A DNA stretch of 64,000 nucleotides from Nemertoderma westbladi (taxonomy: Eukaryota; Animalia; Xenacoelomorpha), in the NCBI GenBank assembly GCA_032718475.1, contig JAUCBJ010008395.1:15282-79281 (forward strand), in the 5' to 3' direction. Positions 46,980 through 59,933 of this stretch are shown here, piece by piece (the first letter of the stretch is position 1; each line of letters opens with the position of its first letter). Below the pieces are notes generated by a model. It worked only from the letters and a program-made list of their open reading frames with translations. It searched no databases and was not told where the DNA came from. The translations under genes and the position numbers were made by a program.

Positions 46980-48060
46980 CAGGGTGTCCCACAAAATTTG
47001 ATACTTCTTGTACTGTATCTTGATTTGTCCAGTTCCATATTAATGATTTTCAGTAATTATGGTGTCAGTGGATAGCTGGAAAGTGCTATTTTTTGTAAAC
47101 TGGTGATAAAACATAAAATAGAGTAACCAACATGAATTGTTTTAATATACTAATTACATACATAAATAGGCTACTGTAATAAATGTAACAAGGTAATAAA
47201 TGTTCTAATAGACATCATTATGTCCTCCTCCAACAGTCTGAACTTTGAGTAACCTGGCAGACATTTAATTAAAGCTGTGAGCCACAAAAGGAGAGGGAAT
47301 AGTGGTGAAGGCCTCTTGAATCGCATCTTTGAGCTGCTCAATGCTGGTTAATGTGTGAGCGTACACGATATTCTTTAAAGAAATCACACGAAGTTAGGTC
47401 AGGAGACCTAGCCGGCCGCGGCCGTGTATTGGGCCATCACGACCTATCCAACGCCCAGGAAAAGTGCTATTAGGCAAGGCACGGACTATAAGACCCCAGT
47501 GAGGCGGAGGGAACCCCGTCCTGTTGGAATACGTAATTAACCTTATCAACCTTATCATCAGGCTGGTGGACAAAGAACTGAAGTAGCATTTCCAAGTAGT
47601 TGGTATACTGGTCACATTGTTAGTGAAGAAGAAAGGGCCAATAACTCTGGTTCTCGAGATGCGGCCCAGACAGTCACTTTGGGAGAGTCACGGACTTTTT
47701 GGGTAATTTTATGCGGGTTCTCTTTCCCCAAAATTCGGCAGTTCCATTGGTTAACATGCGCGGATAGATGAAATGTGGTTTCATCACTGAAAAACACATG
47801 TTCTGGTTATTTGTTGTTGAGGAACAATGCTATGGACTCGGCACAGCTTACTCGCTTACTAAAGTCACTTGTACATCAACCACGTAATATCTGTAACTTG
47901 TATGGCTTAAATTGCAGTTTTTTAATGACTCGTTGTGCGGTGCTTTTACTATTCCCAAGGCCTAGTCCTGCCCGCCTTAGAGAAGTTGTCTATAAAATGA
48001 GACTCGATTTCATTTATCCTACTTTCGCCAAGCGAGACCCGAACAGAACCATGTTTTATT
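46980..48060 (-). mobile_element. Tc1/mariner-superfamily transposon relic
   Basis: End TA-CAGGGTGTCCC; fragments FSDETTFHLSAHVNQWNCRI...SPKVTVWAA and FPGRWIGRDGP, followed by a degraded SPDL motif. Confidence 0.75.
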
Positions 48061-50443
48061 AATAGAGTTTTCTCTGAGGTAAAATTTATGATAAGCCGTT
48101 TGATGTCAGTATTAGTAGGACGGCGTTCCCCAGGGAATTGTTGTGCGCAAATTGTAAGACTGTTTGCCTCTGCGGACCAGTTTTGTCATGCCCCAGTGCG
48201 ATGAGATGTTGTACGTTCCACTGCCGCTGACGCTCGCTAGGAAGGGGAGAAATTGCGCCTTTCATTACATTTTTACATTACATTTTTTTTAATTAAGAGT
48301 GGATCGCGAAGGCCGATTCCCCCATGCCGAGTGGGCAATAGGACTAGAGATTCATCTGCCTCATTGAGAAAGGACACTCCAAAAAGGGCAGGGACAAGGT
48401 GATACAACAAAGCCTTGCGAATCGGTGCAAAGTCACTCAGATACTCTATTACTCTCATCACGTAGTCCCATTATGCTTGGAGACATCTAGTTGCTACTGT
48501 GTGAGATGTCTGAGGGTACTCCCTTGCAACTTTTTAAAGAGTCTCAATGCAAGAAACCCAAGTTTCCACCTTATCTTTAAGGAATTTGCACCTTCCTGAA
48601 ACACTTCCAATGAAACACCCCAGAAAACGCTGTCCTGAAACAACCTGAACTTCTGTACCAAACAGCTGTTGGCCCTAGCCTGGAAGGTCTTCTAGCCCTG
48701 GTTTTATGATCAAGAAGCACTTAAGAAGGCTCAGGGTGGTATCCATAAGCAGGGCCCTGCTGCTGGACCTCTCTCACCACTTGTAGACATCTGAGAGGAG
48801 ACCTGATGCAGAAGGAATCCTCAACAAACCAACATTGATGAAGATCCTTGGTAATTGTGGTTAAGGCTTTATTAGAAGCAGTTTCCTCCATAGATTCGTC
48901 TTTAACAAGCTTAATCTCTGGACTTAAAGCTTTGCCGTGTTCATTCTCCCTAAGTAAAAGTAAAGTAAATTTTCTTCGGCCGCTAGGCAAGGGATTACGC
49001 ACAAAGTTTGACGACTCATTTACAGTGCGGTCCCCCAGAACTTTACTCCCCAGAGGAAACTCCAGTACTCATTTAGCTACCACTGCCTCACCACGCCATG
49101 GCTGGTCCCTTTAAAGCATTCGTGCCGAAACGAAAACTGCCCTGGCCCATTTGAGGATCGAACCCACGACCTACGGGAGATGTGAATTCAATACAACCAC
49201 TACACCAAGGTGGAACCTGGGTGATCTCTCTGATCCTTTGACCCCATCTATGTCCCGTAGAGACCGAACCAATGGAAGGGTACCTATGGAATACATCAGC
49301 ATTGCTAGGGATCACATTGAGTTGTACCCTCCCGTCTCCAGAGGAGTTCAACAGAGCTTCCAAGATAAAGTGCAGACCATTATAAAGGTTATACTGGAAG
49401 TGCGAGCAGCGAGGCCAAAGGACACGGCAGTTCCAGTGCACCAGCAGTTCCGGAGCATGCACTCTGTAGCAGGATCATTGAAAATGTACACCATGGCATG
49501 GACAGTTCCTTCTACTCCCGCTTTTACCCCTGAGCAGAGCTGATCTAACCCACATCCTAATTCAACATCTGACCCTGTAGCTATAGAGATATAAAGACTC
49601 TCCTATACCAATTGGCCGGACACCCGGACATTTATCAAGGCCCATCAGCCTGCATTTCCACCCAAGGAACAATAGTGTTAGCGAGTCTATGGGTGAGCCC
49701 TGCAACAGCTTCTCGTAGTATGGCACTATGGGAATTATTTCTGGTTAGGAGAGTGTGCCACAGCTCAGAATCACATCCGACAGTGGGTCCTGCACTACCA
49801 TGAAGTGAACGTGATACTTTAAGAACCAATTGTGATGTAATGTCAACATCTTCGAATGGTGGTAGGGTCTCGCATTCAACAAAGGCTGTATGGATAGGTT
49901 CCTGTTGAGGTGGATGTTTATTTTCGAGAACAGCTCGAACAGTAATGCCTGGTGATAGTCCATTAGCATGAGCACTGGGATCCAATACCCCTCCAGTATC
50001 ACTAGTAAGTCTGATAAGTCTGCGTGCTGATCGGTTCTGGCTACCAAGAACCTTCCGGTTGAATGTTGGTGCTGGAACACCATTGCTTTGGTGCACTTGT
50101 GTAGGAAACCTGGCATTACATCGTTCTGCTTCACGAATTACATCGTACTGCTGTCCAAACTCTTGATGTTGCCACATTCCTATCAGGTGGAGGATTGCAC
50201 GTCGTTTATCTGTAGATATGATGCAGAGAATGCGTTCAGAGGGTGCGCCCCCTGCCGTAAGGAGTTGGATCTCTTGTGCAACCACATCTACAACTTTACG
50301 CCCCATATTACCCCCAGGAACTTTATATCTACGTCCCAAAAAACAAGTGTGTAGGTGATGAAATGATTCCCATATTGGAGAATTATGGGAGAGTTGGTCC
50401 AAACCTTACCAAAAGCTTCACCTAGATTTTTATCCGCAAAGCC
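48060..50443 (-). mobile_element. CRE-like non-LTR retrotransposon relic (RT region), probably continuing at ~56906-57400
   Basis: Fragments LDQLCSGVKAGVEGTVHAM, LHGSAGP, EGTTQCDP, GPAYGYHPEP and LPTRHGGIGLRDP match motifs I recall from CRE-clade RTs; many stops. Confidence 0.65.
48957..49210 (-). mobile_element. tRNA-derived SINE family 2
   Basis: Head TGGTGTAGTGG...GGTTCGATCC; homologous copies at 56953, 62015 and 46455. Confidence 0.8.
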
Positions 50444-53400
50444 TGTAAATAATCGCCAGGTTGTCGACCGGAATTTCTAACTTTCTGTACCCGTTTTTTG
50501 GGATCGAGACGTAATCTGCTGTCTTTACAGCACTCTGTCCAACCTCCCTCTAGCGGGAAGGTTGGCAGGCAATCTTAGGATCGAAACGTAGCTAACTGGC
50601 CACTCAGCAGTCTCCTTGGCTACCCAATCAGGACGCTTCCTGAGACGGTATTTAAGGAGCTGCTGGCCACTTTTCCTCACTTCCAAGTCGACAACCTTTT
50701 CCTTGTGCAAACCCCTGCTTCAAAGTTTAGTGATTTAATTGTCTCCTCTTCTATTTCCTTATTATTCAACGAACTATTATAAATAAACTCAGTTATCGCG
50801 TTCACTCAAAATCAACTTTTTCAACCTTCACCTTACCCTTCTACCTCTACTTTGGGAGCCGTCACATAGTTGCACTCCCTTCGGCAACTGGGATTCTAAA
50901 ATCGAAGACTCTCTGCATCTCTCAACGCCCAGTTCGCCACACTTCGAACCGGATACCTCTCTCAACCACACTAACTATGGAGAACTTCGCCGAGGCTACT
51001 CTACGGGGTCGCAAGAAGTCCACAAAGAAGGCCATCACTTATCAGATCCGCGAGATAACCGCTCTGGATCCTGACACCCCCGAGCTCCAAGGACACCTGG
51101 CGCTACACACCGGTCGACTACAGCAGCGAAAGGCGACCCTGCTGGAAGTCTTCGAGCTTCTTCTATTGAAGTCTGAGGATGAAGAAGCCGCCGAACTACT
51201 GTCAGACGAAATGGAGGCTGAACGGGATCGAATCTTAGAGGCCGAACTCCATCTGGAACAGCTCCAGAAACTCTTCCCGGCCAATCAACCGGCACCTCCT
51301 TCTGACTGCGACTCTACTGCGTCGTCTGCTGCTGCTGGCGTTGAGGCCATCCTGTCTGCCTCAACGCTCCCTAAACTGTCGCTGCCCACCTTCTCGGGCG
51401 ATCCCCTGGATTGGCGGCAGTTCTACGACCAGTTCGTTGCTCTGGTCGACTTCGACAAGTCGACTGTCTCCCCTGCGGCCAAGTTCGTTCACCTGAAGAA
51501 CTGCCTACGGGGTCCTGCTCTCGCCGCCGTGCAGGGCATCAAGTGTGGCAACGGTGCCTACGCCGTGGCCACCAAAGAACTCCTCTCTCGGTTTGGCCAA
51601 CCAAACGTTTTGATTGCTCTGTACAGCCAGAGGATCGTCAACGCCCCAGCAGTCACCAGTGATAACCCGGATCAACTCCGAACTCTGGTCGACACCTTCT
51701 CTGCCTCCATCAGAGAGATGGAGTCTCTATTCGAGGACGTGGAGACGACAGGGCTCAATGGGGAGCGCGCCACATGTGCTTTCTCTACAAAGTTAGCTGG
51801 ACTCCTCCTGGCTCCACAGCTGATGTCCAAGCTCCCTAAGACGATTGTGTTGGAATGGAATCGTCGGAACACCGAACCTGCCGGTCGTCACAACCTCGAG
51901 GCGTTGCTCAACTTCCTCAAGACTGAGCTGGAGGGCCTCGAGGCCTATAGACGCTCTGGAGAGCCGTCCAAGCGTCCCGACTCTCGACCTCCATCTACCA
52001 ACACTCGACCAAACCAGAAACCCTCGGTCACCTTCTCTGCTAAAACTCCGATGCCTCCTCGGATCAAAGACCTCCCTAGCGGTGAGCGGCTCGCAGCAGT
52101 GAGGGCGCAACGTCTCTGCAGCAACTGCCTGGCTGGTGGCCATATTGTGTCCACCTGCCCGCAACCTCCCAGCTGCAGGGTGTGTCCTTTAAAACACCAC
52201 GGGTTGCTCCATATGGAACTCACTTCCCCCCCTGGGGGACCTTATAGGGTCGGCTCGTCCTCTACCTCTGGTGGGCGTCGTCCGGCTCCCTCTTATAATC
52301 CTCAACTGGATCCCTCGGTTCCAGAGTTTAGACCTCCTGCCAGGACTACGGTGGCCTGTCGAAGGCCAGACGTGGCACACCTGCAGACTGCCGTGGTGAC
52401 CGCTAGCGACCCCCGCCAAACTGCCTCTAGAAAGATCAGACTCCTCCTAGACACCGGGTCGGAGGAGTCCTACATAACCTCCGAACTCGCCGGCTACCTC
52501 GAGCTGCCGGTTCGAGACAGAGCCTCATTTGCCTCTGAGGCTTTCGGCGGCATTGTATCACCGACTCAGGATCGTTGTCAGGTGGACCTCCTCCTTAGCA
52601 AGGGAACCTCGTCCCTTGGCGTCCGAGCCTGGGTGGTGGACACTATCTGCTCCCCCCTGGGTCCACAAAACCTTAGATCCACCGACTGGATCACCATCGA
52701 CCTGGCGGACCCTGACCCTTCAGCGGTTCGCCCCACAGACTTCCTCCTCGGCGCCGACCTCCTCCCTCGCGTCCTCCTTCCTGGGATGATCACCGAGAGC
52801 GGGGTCATGGCCCAGAATACGATCTTTGGGTGGACCCTCCTTGGCAGTCGTACATCTGCCACACCCAGTCTCTCCCGAGCCTTCCGTGTGTGTACCAGGA
52901 GCCTGGACATCCTCTGGGACCTGGAGACCATCGGGATAGAACATAAATCAGACGATGAGGGATCGGACTCCTTCATCAAACCGCGTCTCGTTCGTGGACG
53001 GTTCGAGATCGACCTCCCATGGATCGACGACCGCAGACCATCCTCCAACTACGGCGGAGTCCCTTCACGCCGGCTGAGACCCCATCATCTCGAGGGACTC
53101 AAACAACTCGAGTCACTGGGGTACATTGAGAGACTCGTCTCTCCTCCCCCCAACGCGTACTTCCTTCCTCACCATGCCGTGGTCCAGCATGGAAAGACTC
53201 GGGTCGTCTTCAATGGGGCAAAGAAATCTCCTAATGGCCTCTCGATCAACGACTGTCTGAAGACGGGGCCAAATCTCCTACCATTACTCTTCAACGTGGC
53301 TATACGTTTCAGAGTCTACCCTTGTGTGGCCGTCGGGGACATAGTGAAGGCCTTCCACCAAATCTCGATTGCTGACCACGACCGCGACTATCTCTGCATT

Positions 53401-56400
53401 CGGTGGCAAGACGAGGATGGAGAGGTGTTGAGCCACTTCGTGCGCCTCCCCTTCGGCCTGAACTGCTCCCCGAGCGCTCTACAATCCACTCTGCGTGTTC
53501 TGTTCGGCCTACCCGAGGGCTCTGCCCTTCCTCTACCAGTCCCGGACACTGACCACTCTGTCGTTCAACCCCAGGTCAGTGACCTCTCGTTCGCTGAACC
53601 TCAGGTCAGTGAACCCTCGGTCGTCGAACTCATGGTCGATGACCCCTCGATTGCCAAACCCCAGGTCGTTGACCCCTCGGCCATCGACCCCCACACTCTC
53701 TCACGACTCATTGAGAGCCTCTACGTCGATGACGTGGTGTTAGGGGGAGAGACTCCATCAGACGTGAATACACTCAGAGAAACTCTCACTGAGCTGTTGT
53801 CTCGCGCCTCGATGAACCTTCACAAGTGGAGTTCAACGAACCCCACTTGTGACGAGGAGAGTCTCCCAACTCGAGTACTGGGGATCCCTTGGGACCCCAT
53901 CTCAGACGAGATCTCGGTCAACCTCGAGAACGTGAACCCCCCTAAAGTCTTTACCAAACGAACTCTGCTCGCGTGTACAGCTTCGATCTTCGACCCTCTT
54001 GGTCTCCTCTCGCCCTGGACCCTCTCTCTACGCCTGCAACTGCAGGACCTCTGGTGCGCCGGCTCTGGATGGGAACAGCGGCTGGACCCAGAAGCAGCCC
54101 GCCGCTGCCTGGAGCTCATCTCTCAGGTGCCAGCGATCCCTCCAACGCTGCCTCGAGACTGCTCCAACCCTGATCGCATCGAGATCTATGCCGATGCCTC
54201 GCTCAAGGCCTATGCCGCCTGCCTCTACACGTTTCGTGGGGGCACACGAACTCTACTCTGCGCCAAAGCGCGCGCTGCCCCCCTAAAGCCGAAGCCATCC
54301 TTACCTCGGCTTGAATTGATGGCGGCCCTCCTGGGGGCACGTCTTTATGGCTCCATTATCAAGGCCCACAAGGACTTCCCTGATGTAGAAGCTATCTTCC
54401 ACTCCGACTCCACCATAACTCTCGCCTGGCTGAGTAAACCTCCCAACACCTGGAAGACCTTCGTAAGAAACCGGGTGCGCGACATCCAGGTCCTCTCGCC
54501 CTTCCATCTCTGGCACCACATACCCGGGTGCCAGAACCCTGCCGATATTGGCACTCGAGGTTATGACCTTGGAGCTCTCGCCTCTTCGAGCTGGTGGCTC
54601 GGCCCCTCTGGTAACCTTCACACCGCCGACACCTCGGCGATTGACCCCCAGGTCACTGACCTCCAACATGTGACAATGGAGCGCCGATCTCTATTGACTA
54701 AACTCATCACGGGGAGCGAGCAAGTGGTTGACCTTAAACGGTTTTCTAACCTGACCCGAGCAGTTCGGGTCATGGCCTGGGTCTCTCGATTCATCAGTAA
54801 CTGCAGGGTTCGTCGGCGAACCCGCAGCTCTGCCGCCACTGGGCCTCTCAGCAAAGTGGAACGAGACCGCGCCCTTGTTCAGCTGTTCTACCTGGAACAG
54901 CGAGCAACTATGTCTAATGACATCGACCTAATCCAGGATGGCGACACCCGGGAATCCTCTCTATGGCCCTTGCGGCCATTTATCGACACAGCAACCAACC
55001 TGGTCAGTGGATGCCCTCGAACCCAAGAACAATCCCTGCCTCTGCTGCCCAAGGGTTCCCCCCTCGCTCGCCTACTCGCCTGGGACGTCCACATCGTCAC
55101 AAAACATGGTGGAGTCCCCACAATGATGTCTGAACTCAGTAAGACCGTGTGGATCGCAGGTCTGCGTTCGATCTGTAAGAAGATCACGTATGACTGCGTC
55201 CCCTGCCGCCGCTTCAACTCCCGCCACTTCTGCACCCCAGAGGGGGCGCTTCCTGACTTCCGGGTAAGGCCGGGGGTCATACCCTTCCAGTCCACCGGCT
55301 TGGATTACGCTGGTGGTCTCAATAACAATGAAGGGGAGAAGCGCTACATCCTTCTCCTCACCTGCGCGTCTACCCGCGCACTACACCTCGAGTTGACCTC
55401 CCGGATGGACGCCGAGGACACCCACAACGCCCTGCGTCGTTTCGCGGCCAGACGGGGTGTTCCTGAGGTGTTGTACTCAGACAACGCCACTACCTTCAAA
55501 CTACTCAGTAAAGTTCTGGCCGGAACCGAGTGGCGCTTCATTCCGGTCCACGCCCCCTGACATGGTGGCTTCTGGGAGAGGATGGTTGGGGTAGTGAAGC
55601 AGGCGCTCAGGAAGAGTCTGGGGCGCGCTGCACTCACAGACGATGAACTGCGAACTGTGCTGGCCGAGGTTGAAGCGACAGCCAATCTTCGGCCCCTCGT
55701 ACAATCCCCTGACAGCAGCACCGAACCGTTAACTCCCGCTCACTTTCTGTTCGGTGGCACTCCACCACCTCTTGCGCCATTGGCCCTCCTCCCTCCTAAG
55801 GACTACCCCCAATCTCTCTCTTCCTCATCCCGTCGCTCTGCTAAGGAGTTGAGGAGCAGCTGGCGCCGATCTGTGGCAGCTACCGAGGCGATCTGGAAGC
55901 ACTGGACCTCCGAGTACCTGCCCACACTTCGATCCTGGCGTAGGAAGCTGCGTCCTGCACCAAAGGTTGAGAGTGGGGCTATAGTCATCGTCGATACCCC
56001 TCTCAAGCCGCGATCGAGCTGGCCCCTTGGGAACGTCGTTCGGGTCCACCCTGGAGGACGCACAGCGGATGTCCGGGTCAATGGCCACGTGTCCTCGCGC
56101 CCCCTTGCTGGACTTGTCCCCCTTGAGGTAGACTGACTCGCGCTCTCTGCGTCTATGTACTGTTTGTTTGGACTTAAATTGTAGTTCTTTCATTGTTGTT
56201 GAGATTTCAACGCTTATATTACTCTGTCTTACTTTATTCTGAATTTATATTAGTGTATTGCATTATATTACTTTATCTTACCTATATTGACCTATATTGT
56301 CTGTATGCACTACTTTAACATTGGTTTTCTTACTATTTGTTATTTTTGTATTTTCGGCGATTATCTATCGTCCCATTTTGAGCGATCAAACTAGGAGGGG

Positions 56401-56900
56401 AGTGTAAATAATCGCCAGGTTGTCGACCGGAATTTCTAACTTTCTGTACCCGTTTTTTGGGATCGAGACGTAATCTGCTGTCTTTACAGCACTCTGTCCA
56501 ACCTCCCTCTAGCGGGAAGGTTGGCAGGCAATCTTAGGATCGAAACGTAGCTAACTGGCCACTCAGCAGTCTCCTTGGCTACCCAATCAGGACGCTTCCT
56601 GAGACGGTATTTAAGGAGCTGCTGGCCACTTTTCCTCACTTCCAAGTCGACAACCTTTTCCTTGTGCAAACCCCTGCTTCAAAGTTTAGTGATTTAATTG
56701 TCTCCTCTTCTATTTCCTTATTATTCAACGAACTATTATAAATAAACTCAGTTATCGCGTTCACTCAAAATCAACTTTTTCAACCTTCACCTTACCCTTC
56801 TACCTCTACTTTGGGAGCCGTCACATAGTTGCACTCCCTTCGGCAACTGGGATTCTAAAATCGAAGACTCTCTGCATCTCTCAACGCCCAGTTCGCCACA
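50444..56900 (+). mobile_element. BEL/Pao LTR retrotransposon C
   Basis: It has 498-bp LTRs (50444-50941 and 56403-56900), TSD AAGCC, PPT AGGAGGGGAG, and a truncated tRNA-Tyr-like PBS CTTCGAACCGGAT at 50942-50954. Confidence 0.96.
50977..56136 (+). pseudogene. BEL/Pao gag-pol of element C with one nonsense codon (TGA 55558-55560) in integrase
   Basis: LLDTGS, YVDD, YADAS, GLDYAG, SDNATTF. HAP*HGGFWERMVG corresponds to the conserved APWxGGFWER, and the downstream ORF 55582-56136 is in the same frame. Confidence 0.92.
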
Positions 56901-56952
56901 AAGCCAGTTTCAGGTGGTACAGCTTTTGTATCATTTTTTATCGATTTGTGGT

Positions 56953-57220
56953 AAAAAAAAAAGTAAAAGTAAATTTTCTTCGGCCGCAAGGCCAGGGATT
57001 ACGCGCAAAGTCTGACGACTTATTTCCAGTGCGGTCCCCCCAGAACTTTACTCCCCAGAGGAAACTCCAGTTCTCATTTAGCTACCACTTAAGGATGCAA
57101 GGCAGAGATGCGCCCTGGCTGGTCCCTTTAAAGCATTCGTGCCGAAACGAAAACTGCCCCGGCCCATGTGAGGATCGAACCCACGACCTACAAGAGATGT
57201 GAATTCAATGCAACCAGGTG
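56953..57220 (-). mobile_element. tRNA-derived SINE family 2
   Basis: Homologous to 48957-49210. Confidence 0.8.
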
Positions 57221-57459
57221 GAATCTTAATGTAATGTGGTGGTTCATTGTGGTGGTTCAGGTTGTAACATGGTAGCTGTGTGCATTACTGGATACTAGGG
57301 TAGTGTCTCCCAAATCGATGGCAGAGCTATCTGGGATTCCAGAAGCACACAATGTCACATCTCCATCACTGATTGTGGGGCGAGTCAAAACTGCGAGCCA
57401 TCAGCGAACTGTTAAAATTATACTATTGCCGTTTTCTATGGCTATTTACTATGGTTTGC

Positions 57460-59031
57460 TGTTCGCGCTTTTAGACCTTTAATAGTTTAACCTGCTAATT
57501 TATGTGTCTTATGATGTCTGACAGCCCGTACAAAATATGACCACAGCAGAAGCCAGTCTAGCGCGGCGTATGACCCACCGGATGTGGGAGACTGGATTCT
57601 ATGACAGAGAGAGGTGTAGGCTACTTTGTATTATTCGATTGATCCTTACTATATAATCTCCAAAAATTATGTTTATTTTCAGGGAAATACCAACAGTTCC
57701 TTTAGGTGCTGCGCTTTAAATACCATGCCAAATTGCCAAGTTATGACTTATACTAATTACAACGGATGGGCATGAGATAACGCAATTGTTTACATTCTTT
57801 AGGAATGTATTATTAATCGTACACACTCACGCAACTAACAATAGTACTGAAACACACCAATTTGCCGACTGTCACCAATTTTACTCATAAATAAGGAGAA
57901 ATTTAGCTCACGTACGTTGGGGACAATGAAACAACATGAACTCATACAAACCACTGTTATTTGAGCCAGGCAATTGTGACTAGTATTCCCCTCCGCTTAC
58001 CTCAATAATCAAGAAAGCCAAGAGAGTTACCGGTTATTCGTAAGTATTCTTCAAATATTAGCATTAATTAAATAGGTTACAAACCACAATATATTATAAC
58101 AGCATAAAAACAGTATAAGGGATGCGGTGTGGCAGTGTCAGCAGTCAGACGTCAGAAAGTCAGGATGTGTTGCAATACGAGAGTGTCAAGTAAGTAAGTG
58201 CCAAGTTAATAGATTTGCGTTCTATGATCTCTCTGGCCGCTGATGTTTCTGGGCAAAGTCAGAAATTCAGGATGAATGATTTCGTCACATTAGGCCCCCG
58301 TCACACGGAGCAACTTGTTTCTGAAACTTGTTGCTGGACCCCCTCACACACAGAAACTTGTTGCTGCAACTTGTTTCCGAAACTTGTTTCTGTGTGTGAG
58401 GACTCCAGCAACAAGTTTCTGCAACTTGTTTCCGCAACTTATTTCTGTGTGTGAGGGAGTCCAGCAACAAGTTGCTGGAAGTTATATACCCAGCAACTTT
58501 TTGAAAAACTTTTATTACATTCCATTTTGATACTAGCTAATATTAGATAATTTGAGTGATGTGATATTATATACAAAAATGACTGGACATGTTAGCTATT
58601 TATTTGGAAATAATTGTTATTTTCTTCAGCAACAAGTTTCTGTGTGTGAGGGGGTCCAGCAACAAGTTGCAGAAACAAGTTTCGGAAATAAGTTGCTGAA
58701 ACAAGTTGCAGCAACAAGTTTCTGTGTGTGAAGGGGTCCAGCAACAAGTTGCAGAAACAAGTTGCTCCGTGTGAGGGGGGCCTTACGGTATACATATGTA
58801 AACAAAGAATTCGCAAAGTGAAAATCGCGCTGATTGGCCGAAAATATTGTAGCATGGGCTCTACGGATAAAGAAACAGCTGGCAAATTTCGTCATGTTAG
58901 TTCTGGATTAAGACAGACGCGTAGTTGCATAAGTTTATAGTTTCTATAGTGCTATAAAATAATGCTGGCACCTTTAGAGTAGTTCGCGAATTGCACAAAA
59001 ACGCCACATTTTTGCCGCAAAAGCTTTAACA
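57460..59031 (-). mobile_element. Old solo LTR related to the family-A LTR, interrupted by a MITE
   Basis: Collinear blocks shared with 10226-11510 include TGTwCGCGCTTTT, GCAGAAGCCAG, GGAGACTGGATTCT, AACAGTTCCTTTAGG, TATGACTTATACTAAT, AATTTGCCGAC, AAAATCGC.CTGATTGG and terminal AAGCTTT.ACA. Flanks TTTGC / CTTGT may be a decayed TSD. Confidence 0.75.
58293..58782. mobile_element. PIF/Harbinger-type MITE with long, internally repetitive TIRs
   Basis: GGCCCCCGTCACACGGAGCAACTTG...CAAGTTGCTCCGTGTGAGGGGGGCC with TSD TTA on both sides. Confidence 0.88.
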
Positions 59032-59933
59032 CTTGTAGCTTTTGCTGCACGAAGGCCCCACTCGTGTACTATGAGAGAGAACTGAGGACTGCACCAAACA
59101 AAATTAAATAAAAAAGTTTGTTTAAATCTTGGTTTGCAGTAACTATTACGCTTGGCAATATTTGTGATTAATATATCGGTAGAAAGTGATGTAATATATG
59201 TGTGGGGAGCGGTCGGCGTTTAAAAACTGTTTAATTCGAAATTATAAGACGAATGTATGTAAAAATACTGTTCAACTCAACAACGTTCAGTTCAGCTGTA
59301 AGCAACCACAAGAATTAATACCGAATCATCGACGTAGGAGTAATACGGGTAAATTCCTATTGAAGTTGATCTGAAGTAATATATTATTACTCAATGGGGG
59401 TGTAGCACATGGTAATTGAATCTCATTGTACTTCGACTGTTTAGTCATACGCCCCATCCTACAACCCTTGATATGAAGCAACGTGGCCCCTTCTTTAATT
59501 AAACCGTTATACATGGATACTATAGTTGTTACATGAAATGCTTAGGATATACATATGCAATTAATCCAGTTGGTGTATATCCAATATTCTATGTATCAAG
59601 TTGGTTGTTACCGGTACCCTACCCACTCAGCACTGTACTGGTTAAATATCCTTATACAGTAATATAAACAGATGCCGTCCGATGCCTATTTTATGGGTGC
59701 ATTGCAGTTTAGTTAATGTTTAATGCGGCATGTTTTTTGTACTGCCTCTCCCCTTTCGAAACATTACAATAAAATACAAAAAACAAATGCCGCGAACTGA
59801 AATACCGATAGCCATGTGGCGAACCGATCGCTACATAATCCACTGTATACAGTGAGTTGCATCACATTCGTTTCAACTCTAGCTAGTGATAACTCGGTTT
59901 ACTTTTTCCCTAAAATTCTGGTAGCAATTCGAG

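Noticed and set aside
51035-56193. Many antisense and overlapping ORFs in element C
   Set aside because: These are expected shadows of a GC-rich coding strand and have no recognisable motifs.
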